From: a virus
Lineage: Duplodnaviria; Caudoviricetes
DNA length: 64,000 bases
Direction: 5' to 3' (one strand)
IMG/VR virus record: IMGVR_UViG_3300021256_000079
Coordinates: 1-64,000 of that record
A model generated the notes under the pieces. It worked only from the letters and a program-made list of their open reading frames with translations, searched no databases and was not told the DNA's origin. How positions within the stretch are numbered: position 1 is the stretch's first letter; every line of letters starts with the position of its first letter. Below, piece after piece: positions 50,767 to 58,762 of the stretch. Both the position numbers and the translations under genes were made by a program.

Positions 50767-50946
50767 ATGGAAAATTCAGAAGCAAAACGAACAGTAAATG
50801 CTGTTAAGACTATTGATGAATTTATTCAAAATCACCTGTATGAACTTCATCCAAAAACCGTAGACAGATGGTTTGATGTGAAGATGGAAATAAGTAAAGT
50901 TATCGAAAAATCTACTGGAAAAAGCGTTTATGGCCAATGGGATTAA
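50767..50946 (+). CDS. Small hypothetical protein
   Basis: AAAGGA RBS before MENSEAK. Confidence 0.5.
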   Translation: MENSEAKRTVNAVKTIDEFIQNHLYELHPKTVDRWFDVKMEISKVIEKSTGKSVYGQWD

Positions 50947-51245
50947 AACAAAAAATCCCGTCGTTTTTGCCCGTCGTTTTTGAAAATTTTTCAGCATCAT
51001 ATTTTTGTTGTGTGAAAAATCGTCAAAAAATGGCAAAAAATGGCAAATCCCGTCAAAAAAGTGACGGGCAGCTTCAAAAGTGACGGGCAGTCAAACCCTT
51101 GGCCCCCAACGGTTTGCGGGAAAATCCCGTCGTTTTTGAAATTTTTATTAAGTTAATCTCCAGAAAAAAATTATTTATAGAATTAATATGGACTTTTTTC
51201 AAAAATGACGGGCAACGATATTTTTTACAAAAAATTAGTACAAAA
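50947..51245. promoter_or_regulatory. Putative replication origin
   Basis: Seven CCCGTC/GACGGG boxes in both orientations within A/T tracts, immediately upstream of the replicase. Confidence 0.6.
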
Positions 51246-51266
51246 GAAAGGAGGATTGAGACATGA

Positions 51267-54200
51267 ATGCAGTGTGACTTTTTTAGAGTAACAACAGCAT
51301 ATGTTAAGAATGGAGTTGAGTCAGTTATTCCTGAATTCCTTGTTAAAACTAAGATCAACGATCTTATGATTCGAGGTGGAAAATTCTATGCCATTCTTAA
51401 TAAAAGAACAAACATGTGGGAAACGAATGAAGGAGTTGTTCAAAAGTTTGTTGATGAAGAGATTGAAGCTCTTTATCAGAAACTAACAGCTAATCCCGGT
51501 CAAAAGTTTTATATTCGTAAAGACATGGAGAGTTTCGGAAGTGGAAGTTGGAGTACTTATAAGAATTATGCTGCCAGTCTTCCTGACAATTGGCATCAGC
51601 TCGATAATAAGATCTGTTTTAGCGACACTCAGGTCACTCCTAAAGATTATATTTCTAAGAGACTTCCTTATGCTCTCGGTGATAGCGGATACGAAAGTTG
51701 GGATGAACTTGTTGGTACTTTATATTCTCCAGAAGAAAGAGAAAAGATAGAATGGGCCATTGGATCCATTGTCTCTGGAGATAGTAAAGATATTCAAAAA
51801 TTTATAGTTCTCTATGGTGATCCTGGTGCCGGTAAAGGAACGATTATTGAAATTATTAAAAAGTTGTTTCCTGGATATTATGAGGTGTTCGATGCAAAGA
51901 GTCTTAGCAGCAATAGCAATGCATTCGCATTCGAGCAATTTCGTACGAACCCTTTGATCGCCTTGCAGAGTGATGGCGATTTAAGTCGAATCGAGGACAA
52001 CACAAAAATTAATAGTCTGGTTAGCCATGAAACTATAGTGATGAATGAAAAAAGGAAGCAGAGTTATAATTTCACACCTAGATGTTTTCTATTCATGGCC
52101 TCAAATAAACCTGTAAAGATTACTGATGCCAAAAGTGGAATCATTCGAAGACTTATTGATGTTCATCCTACTGGCAACACACTTCCTAAAGCTAAGTATG
52201 ATAGCTTAATGGGTAAAGTCCAATTTGAACTTGGTGGAATTGCAAAACACTGCCTTGATGTTTATCAAAAGCTTGGAAAAAACTATTACAACGGCTATCG
52301 GCCATTAAGTATGATGTTCCAGACAGATGCGTTCTTTAACTTCATGAAAGATCGTTATGACTTTTTTAAGATTGAACATGCTGACGGAATTTGTTTGTCT
52401 GAAGCTTACATCGAATGGCAAAATTATTGCAACGAAACTGGCCTTGATATTCGTCTTCCTAGATACAAATTTAGAGAAGAATTGAAAAACTATTTTGAGC
52501 ACTTTGATGATCGCGTGTCAGTGAACAATGAAGATCATAGAAGTTGGTTTAGCGGTTTTAAGGTCGATCGGTTTCTCGGAAGTAGAGGTGGACGAAAAGA
52601 TATTCCTGTAAAGGGTAAAACTCTTGGTCTAGTCCTCGATCAAAAGGTTTCACTTCTCGATGAGATGTTGAAAGACTGTCAAGCACAGTATGGAGAAGAA
52701 AAACCTGAGGGCGGAAGTAAGCCAAGAATCTCTTGGGATGAATGTCAGACAACTCTTAAGAATATTGATACTTCTAAACTTCACTTTGTTCGTCTTCCTA
52801 AAGATCATATTGTTATTGACTTTGATCTTAAGAATGAAAAAGGTGAAAAAGACGCTTTACTTAATCTCGAAGCTGCCGATAAGTGGCCAAAAACCTATGC
52901 TGAATACAGCCAAGGTGGAAAAGGCGTGCACTTGCATTATATTTATGCTGGTGATCCTGAAGAACTCAAGGCTCTTTATGCAGATGGCATTGAGATTAAA
53001 ATCTCAAAAGGTAAAAGTAGTCTTAGAAGAAGGCTCAGTCTGTGTAATAACATCCCAGTTGCAACTATTAGTTCTGGTCTTCCTAAGAAAGAGGTGGTTG
53101 ACAATTTGCTTGACTTCGAAGCTGTTAAGGACGAACAGCATTTGAGAAACATTGTCAGTAAATGTCTTCGAAAAGATATTCAGCAGCCTTACACAACAAC
53201 GGCTATGAATCTTATTAAGAAGACTCTTGAAGACGCATATAACAGCGGTCTCAAGTATGATATTACTGACATGCGTCCTGCCATTAAAGGTTTCGCTTGT
53301 AAGAGCACTCATCAGAAAGAAACCTGTATGAAAATTGCCGAAGAATTGCATTATAAAGGAAAAGTCTTTGAAACCCTCATGGAAGGCTCTATAATGGCCT
53401 CTAAGCCGCCTGAAGAGGTAGAGACGACTAAATCTACGCCCCCTGAGAAAAATCGCTCAGAGGGCCTTTTAAATGCAAAAGAAGTGCATCCTGACATCAT
53501 TTATATTCCAAATGAACCTTCTAGCGAAGAACTTCCTGTATTCTTTGATATTGAAGTCTTTCCTAACCTGCTTCTTGTGAACTGGAAAGAGGCTGGCGAA
53601 GGTAAAGGCGTTGTGAGAATGATAAATCCCACAATGCAGGAAGTTAGAGCTTTGTTTAAGAAGAAGCTTATAGGCTTTAACTGTAGAAGGTATGACAACC
53701 ATGTACTTTATGCAAGAGCCATTGGCTATGATATTCCGTCTCTCTATAAGCTTAGTCAGAAAATCATCGCTGGAAGTAAGAATGCCATGATGGGTCAGGC
53801 CTATGATATTTCCTATACCGATGTCTATGACTTTGCAGCTAAGAAGCAAAGTCTTAAGAAGTGGGAAATTGAACTAGGCATTCACCATCAGGAACTTGGA
53901 CTTCCTTGGGATCAGCCAGTTCCAGAAGAAAGATGGCCAGAAGTTGCTGCATATTGCGACAATGACGTTATTGCAACTGAAGCTGTATTCAATCATTTGG
54001 CTGGTGACTTTAAAGCAAGAGAGATTCTGGCAGACATTGCTGGCATGACAGTCAATGACACAACCAATAGCCTTACAACCAAAATTATATTTGGCGATGA
54101 TCCCGCTCCTCAAAGACAGTTTGTCTATCCTGATCTTAAGAAAAAATTCCCAGGTTATATATTTGAGAATGGAAAGAGCTATCTTAATGGAGTTGAGATT

Positions 54201-55682
54201 GGCGAAGGTGGAAGAGTATATGCCGTTCCTGGAATTCATCATCATGTAACAACTTATGACGTTGCCAGTATGCATCCTTCTTCTATTATTGCCGAAAATG
54301 GCTTTGGCAAGTATACAGAACGCTTCAAACAGCTACTTGATATTCGTATTGCTATTAAGCATAAGGACTTCGAGAAAGCCAAAACAATGCTGGATGGTAA
54401 ACTTGCCAAATACTTAACCGATAAGAATCAAGCAAAGGCTCTTAGCCAGGCACTTAAGATTGCTATCAATAGTGTTTATGGTTTAACTGCTGCTGGATTC
54501 GATAACAAATTTAGAGATCCTCGCAATGTGGATAATTGGGTTGCTAAGAGAGGCGCTCTCTTTATTGAGACACTTAGGGTTAATGTAATTAAGCTTGGAG
54601 GCAAAGTTGTTCACATTAAGACAGACTCTATCAAGGTTGAAGATCCAACTCCTGAGATCACGAATTATATTCTGGACTTCGGTAAACAGTGGGGTTACAC
54701 ATTTGAAGTTGAGGACATCTACGAAAAGATGTGTCTCGTGAATGATGCTGTTTATGTTGCTCTTAGAGATAGGGAAGATCCGAGTTGGAAAGATGAATGC
54801 GAAAAGGCCAAAAAGAAAGCCGAAGAAACTAATTCAGTTTATCAAGAACCTACAAGGTGGACAGCCACTGGTGCTCAGTTCCAACATCCTTATGTCTTTA
54901 AGCATCTCTTTAGCGGTGAGGAAGTCACTTTCAGAGATCTGTGTGAAACCAAGACCGTTACAAGCGCTTTATATTTGGACATGAACGAAAATCTTAGTGA
55001 TGTAACAGAGTATGAGAAGAATCTAGACAAACTTGTAAAGAGAGCAAAGACACTTCTTAAAACCGAAGGATATTTTGGTTCATGGGAAGAATGGCCTGAG
55101 TGGAGAAAACAGAATCCTGATGCTCAAGATTCGCATGGCGGGGTTATTTATGGTGAACTTGACGATCTTGTTAAAGATCAAGAAGTTCTCAAAGAGCTTA
55201 TTGCAAAAGGACACAATTATATTTTCGTTGGTAAAGCTGGATGCTTCTGTCCTGTACTTAAAGGAACAGGTGGTGGCATCCTTGTAAGAGAAAAAGATGG
55301 TAAATTCAATGCTGCAACTGGTAGTAAAGGATTCAGATGGCGTGAAAGTGAAAGTATTTCTGGTGCTGACAGAATGAACATAATCGACATGGGCTACTTT
55401 GAGAATCTTGCTCGGGTTGCAAAAGAGGCTATTGAGACATATGGGGACTTTGATGCATTCGTAACAGAATCATCTGAAGTCCCCAATTATATTTCAATAG
55501 ACGAAGAAGCAGAGAAAGCCGCTAAGAAGTATGGAGAACCCGGTGTTCCTTCATGGCTGCCACCTTGTGGTGATGGCAAGTATGCTAATTGCTATGATTG
55601 TCCTCACTTTGATATTGAGAAAATTCCCCCTGAATGTAGAAAAGGTTATGACCTGACAGAACACTTCACAATTAATGTTTGA
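51267..55682 (+). CDS. Fused SF3 helicase - AEP primase - family B DNA polymerase
   Basis: GDPGAGKGT Walker A, FMASN; IVIDFDLK...SQGGKGVHLHY primase motifs; FDIEV, GFNCRRYD, YCDNDV exonuclease; DVASMHPS, KIAINSVYG, IKTDS polymerase motifs. Confidence 0.88.
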   Translation: MQCDFFRVTTAYVKNGVESVIPEFLVKTKINDLMIRGGKFYAILNKRTNMWETNEGVVQKFVDEEIEALYQKLTANPGQKFYIRKDMESFGSGSWSTYKNYAASLPDNWHQLDNKICFSDTQVTPKDYISKRLPYALGDSGYESWDELVGTLYSPEEREKIEWAIGSIVSGDSKDIQKFIVLYGDPGAGKGTIIEIIKKLFPGYYEVFDAKSLSSNSNAFAFEQFRTNPLIALQSDGDLSRIEDNTKINSLVSHETIVMNEKRKQSYNFTPRCFLFMASNKPVKITDAKSGIIRRLIDVHPTGNTLPKAKYDSLMGKVQFELGGIAKHCLDVYQKLGKNYYNGYRPLSMMFQTDAFFNFMKDRYDFFKIEHADGICLSEAYIEWQNYCNETGLDIRLPRYKFREELKNYFEHFDDRVSVNNEDHRSWFSGFKVDRFLGSRGGRKDIPVKGKTLGLVLDQKVSLLDEMLKDCQAQYGEEKPEGGSKPRISWDECQTTLKNIDTSKLHFVRLPKDHIVIDFDLKNEKGEKDALLNLEAADKWPKTYAEYSQGGKGVHLHYIYAGDPEELKALYADGIEIKISKGKSSLRRRLSLCNNIPVATISSGLPKKEVVDNLLDFEAVKDEQHLRNIVSKCLRKDIQQPYTTTAMNLIKKTLEDAYNSGLKYDITDMRPAIKGFACKSTHQKETCMKIAEELHYKGKVFETLMEGSIMASKPPEEVETTKSTPPEKNRSEGLLNAKEVHPDIIYIPNEPSSEELPVFFDIEVFPNLLLVNWKEAGEGKGVVRMINPTMQEVRALFKKKLIGFNCRRYDNHVLYARAIGYDIPSLYKLSQKIIAGSKNAMMGQAYDISYTDVYDFAAKKQSLKKWEIELGIHHQELGLPWDQPVPEERWPEVAAYCDNDVIATEAVFNHLAGDFKAREILADIAGMTVNDTTNSLTTKIIFGDDPAPQRQFVYPDLKKKFPGYIFENGKSYLNGVEIGEGGRVYAVPGIHHHVTTYDVASMHPSSIIAENGFGKYTERFKQLLDIRIAIKHKDFEKAKTMLDGKLAKYLTDKNQAKALSQALKIAINSVYGLTAAGFDNKFRDPRNVDNWVAKRGALFIETLRVNVIKLGGKVVHIKTDSIKVEDPTPEITNYILDFGKQWGYTFEVEDIYEKMCLVNDAVYVALRDREDPSWKDECEKAKKKAEETNSVYQEPTRWTATGAQFQHPYVFKHLFSGEEVTFRDLCETKTVTSALYLDMNENLSDVTEYEKNLDKLVKRAKTLLKTEGYFGSWEEWPEWRKQNPDAQDSHGGVIYGELDDLVKDQEVLKELIAKGHNYIFVGKAGCFCPVLKGTGGGILVREKDGKFNAATGSKGFRWRESESISGADRMNIIDMGYFENLARVAKEAIETYGDFDAFVTESSEVPNYISIDEEAEKAAKKYGEPGVPSWLPPCGDGKYANCYDCPHFDIEKIPPECRKGYDLTEHFTINV

Positions 55683-55704
55683 TATTTGAAAGGAGCTATT
55701 AATT

Positions 55705-56259
55705 ATGGCTAATTTTGCTAACAATTCTAACAACACCGCTCGTAAGTTCATCGAACCCCTTGTAATTAAGGATGCACACATTGTTATGAAGACTCGTAAC
55801 TTTAGTGGTAACAACCCTGGTAAGTTTGATCGTCCTGGTGCTCGCAATTTCTCAATTTTTCTTGATCCTGAGAAGGTTGATATTTCCAAGCTTCAGGAAA
55901 TCGGATGGAACATTAAAGTTGGAAAGCCCAACCCTGAAGATCCGGATGATATTCCTAGTTGCTTCCTTCGTATTCATGCTAATTGGTTCCCGCTTGAAGA
56001 TAGTCGGAGTGGCATGAACCCGATGATCATTAAGATTGTTGATGGTGAAAAGATTCGCCTTGATGAAGAAACGGTTAAGCAGCTTGACACTGATGAAATT
56101 CTTAAGTGCAATATTACTGTTACCGGTCGCTGGATGGAAAGTCCTACCTATACCGGTGTCGTTGCATATTTGAAGAAGTTGGTTGTTGAAGTTAGCAGTG
56201 ACGATGACATGGCTGACATGTTCGACGGAATGGATGTAAACGATCAGGCTCCGTTTTAA
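55705..56259 (+). CDS. Single-stranded DNA-binding protein
   Basis: RNFSG..RNF motif; acidic tail ending DQAPF; follows the polymerase. Confidence 0.7.
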   Translation: MANFANNSNNTARKFIEPLVIKDAHIVMKTRNFSGNNPGKFDRPGARNFSIFLDPEKVDISKLQEIGWNIKVGKPNPEDPDDIPSCFLRIHANWFPLEDSRSGMNPMIIKIVDGEKIRLDEETVKQLDTDEILKCNITVTGRWMESPTYTGVVAYLKKLVVEVSSDDDMADMFDGMDVNDQAPF

Positions 56260-56277
56260 TGAAAGGATGATATTTTA

Positions 56278-56508
56278 ATGAACTATAGAGACATGGCTGT
56301 TGCAGTTTGTAAAATTGCTGGTCAGGATCTTATAGACAGAGCGGAAGATTTGATACCAAAAGTCGAAGGCGTTAAAAACATTGATATTTGGATTAGAATT
56401 CCGTCTTTAACCGATGATCCTCTTTGTGTTCCAGAGATTGAGGTTAGCACTAATTTATATCCTAGAAAAGCAATCATTTCTAAGATTGCTAATCTTTCTG
56501 AAAATTAA
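56278..56508 (+). CDS. Hypothetical protein
   Basis: AAAGGA RBS. Confidence 0.55.
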   Translation: MNYRDMAVAVCKIAGQDLIDRAEDLIPKVEGVKNIDIWIRIPSLTDDPLCVPEIEVSTNLYPRKAIISKIANLSEN

Positions 56509-56518
56509 GTGATGACTT

Positions 56519-57694
56519 ATGGAAATAGAACTTTTTGAGCATCAGAAAGAAGCACTTAAAAAGCTGCATCCTGGCTCCATCCTTTGTGGTGGAGTCGGGA
56601 GCGGCAAAAGTATTACTGGGATTGCCTATTATATTCTAAGTGAAGTCGAGAATGTCAAAACACCTCCGAATCTATACATCATAACAACAGCTAGGAAAAG
56701 AGATACATTAGAATGGGATCATGAATGTGCTAGATTCGGACTTAGTAGATATTCTGATTGCAGTATCTATGGAATTCAAGTAGTCATAGATAGCTGGAAC
56801 AACATTCAGAAATACATAGATGTCAAAAATTCGTTCTTTATATTTGATGAGCAAAGAGTTGTCGGTTATGGTACATGGGTTAAGAGTTTCTTAAAAATCA
56901 CAAAAGCTAATCGGTGGATTCTTCTTAGTGCTACACCAGGTGATACCTGGATGGATTATGTGCCTGTCTTTATAGCAAACGGTTTCTATAAGAATAAAAC
57001 CGAATTTTGTAGAAGACACGTCATTTATAATCGTTTTGCCAAGTATCCACAGGTTAGTCGCTATGTTGAAGAGAAACGACTCAACAAACTGAGGAATGAT
57101 ATTTTAGTCACTATGGAATTTCAAAGAGAAACTGTTCAACATCATGAACGGGTTGTTGTTCGGTTTGATAAATTCACATATGACAACACTATGAGAGATA
57201 GGTGGAATCCCTATACAGATGCACCAATACAGCAGGCTAGTGAATTATGCCAAGTTCTAAGAAAGATTGTTGGCTCTTCACCTGAAAGATTCGAAGAGGT
57301 AAAAGCCATACTCGAAAAGCATCCTAAGGTAATTATATTTTACAACTATGATTATGAGCTTGAGATTCTTAGAAAACTTCCAACTGTTTTAGCCGAATGG
57401 AATGGACATAAGCATGATCCAATTCCTACTGGTGATCATTGGGCATATCTTGTTCAGTATTCGGCAGGTGCTGAAGGATGGAATTGTACAACTACTGACA
57501 CTATTATATTTTACTCCGAGAGCTATAGCTATAAGGCTATGATTCAAGCTGCTGGAAGAATTGATAGATTGAACACACCATACATAGATCTGTGGTATTA
57601 CCATTTGGTTAGCATGAGTAAAATTGATATTGCCATTGCAAGAGCTCTTAGGAATAAAAAGAATTTCAATGAGTCGGCTTTTGCTGCCTCGTAG
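56519..57694 (+). CDS. SF2 (SNF2-like) helicase
   Basis: GGVGSGKS, FIFDEQR, LSATPG, AGAEGWN, QAAGRIDR. Confidence 0.88.
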   Translation: MEIELFEHQKEALKKLHPGSILCGGVGSGKSITGIAYYILSEVENVKTPPNLYIITTARKRDTLEWDHECARFGLSRYSDCSIYGIQVVIDSWNNIQKYIDVKNSFFIFDEQRVVGYGTWVKSFLKITKANRWILLSATPGDTWMDYVPVFIANGFYKNKTEFCRRHVIYNRFAKYPQVSRYVEEKRLNKLRNDILVTMEFQRETVQHHERVVVRFDKFTYDNTMRDRWNPYTDAPIQQASELCQVLRKIVGSSPERFEEVKAILEKHPKVIIFYNYDYELEILRKLPTVLAEWNGHKHDPIPTGDHWAYLVQYSAGAEGWNCTTTDTIIFYSESYSYKAMIQAAGRIDRLNTPYIDLWYYHLVSMSKIDIAIARALRNKKNFNESAFAAS

Positions 57695-57849
57695 CGAAAT
57701 TTATATTTTTAGCCTCGCGCAAAAAACATGGACTGTAATGGAAGGAGAGGAGAATGCCTTTTTTAGGCGTTCAAATCTCCTATTTTTGTTCTAATCTCGT
57801 AGATTAGAACATGGTTTGTTCATTTTTCTCATTTTTGGAGGGACCACCA

Positions 57850-58146
57850 ATGTCTAAAAACGAGAATGACTTTCAATACAAACTTATCAAAAAGATCAAA
57901 GAAATGTTTCCTGGATGCATAGTCATGAAAAACGATCCGAATTATATTCAGGGCATTCCAGATCTGACTATTCTATGGAAAGACAAATGGGCTCTCCTCG
58001 AATGCAAAAAAGAAAGTGATGCTAGAAGAAGACCAAATCAGGCGTTTTATATTCGTTTAGCAAACGAATCATCATTTGGTCGTTTTGTATACCCAGAAAA
58101 CGAGGAGGAAGTTTTACATGATCTTCAACAAGCATTTAGAGCTTGA
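57850..58146 (+). CDS. VRR-NUC / Holliday-junction resolvase-like nuclease
   Basis: ENDFQ...GIPDL...LECKK...RPNQ. Confidence 0.8.
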   Translation: MSKNENDFQYKLIKKIKEMFPGCIVMKNDPNYIQGIPDLTILWKDKWALLECKKESDARRRPNQAFYIRLANESSFGRFVYPENEEEVLHDLQQAFRA

Positions 58147-58747
58147 AGGGAGACACGCCTTACTTAGCCCAAGTAAGCACTATTGGATGAACTATGACGA
58201 TGATGCATTAATCAAGAATTATATTTCATCGTTTGCAACGGACATCGGAACATTAGTTCATGAATTCGCTGCTGATAGGATCCAATACAAAATACCGTTA
58301 GATGCCGAGAATGAAGAAGCTAAGAACTCGCTTCTTATATTTTTGCTCAAAAACGGCATCCCATTCAAGGTAATAGACTTGGATCGTATTTTTTATAATC
58401 TTGTGCCATATGTTAACGATGCAATTGGTTACAAGATGGAGAGTGAAGTGCGGCTGAAATATTCAGACCTCTGTTTTGGCACAGCAGATGCGATCGGTGT
58501 TCGGCGGAATTGGCTTCGGATTCATGACTTGAAGACCGGACAGACTCCGGCAAGCATGGATCAAGTGATGTGCTACGCCGGTTTATTTTTTCTTGAGTAT
58601 AAGAGAGATTATCGTCCGCAAACTATGAAGGTGGAACTTCGCATCTACCAGAATCAAGAGATTCTAATCGCCCAGCCTTCTTCTGAAGAGATAAAGGCTG
58701 TTATGGATACAATCATTCATGGCGATTCTGTGTTAACAAAAATGTAA
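58118..58747 (+). CDS. PD-(D/E)XK exonuclease (Cas4/DUF2800-like)
   Basis: HALLSPS, GTLVHE, FGTADAI, IHDLKTG, Q..CYA. Confidence 0.8.
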   Translation: MIFNKHLELEGRHALLSPSKHYWMNYDDDALIKNYISSFATDIGTLVHEFAADRIQYKIPLDAENEEAKNSLLIFLLKNGIPFKVIDLDRIFYNLVPYVNDAIGYKMESEVRLKYSDLCFGTADAIGVRRNWLRIHDLKTGQTPASMDQVMCYAGLFFLEYKRDYRPQTMKVELRIYQNQEILIAQPSSEEIKAVMDTIIHGDSVLTKM

Positions 58748-58762
58748 TGGAGGTATGAAGCA

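Larger units (their letters stand above)
18741..57740 (+). promoter_or_regulatory. Dispersed 25-bp promoter-like motif CGCR-N5-AACAY-N6-WRATG, 21 copies
   Basis: Starts at 18741, 18927, 19834, 27614, 29048, 29351, 29724, 30303, 30577, 30961, 31331, 31979, 32343, 32857 (deviant 3' block), 34513, 36051, 39725, 40753, 42062, 45646, 57716; all + strand with fixed spacing, often right after a terminator and before an RBS. Confidence 0.85.

Noticed and set aside
58118-58747. Cas4 as part of a CRISPR adaptation module
   Set aside because: It lies in the replication module, lacks the Fe-S cysteine pattern and has no cas1/cas2; an ordinary phage exonuclease.
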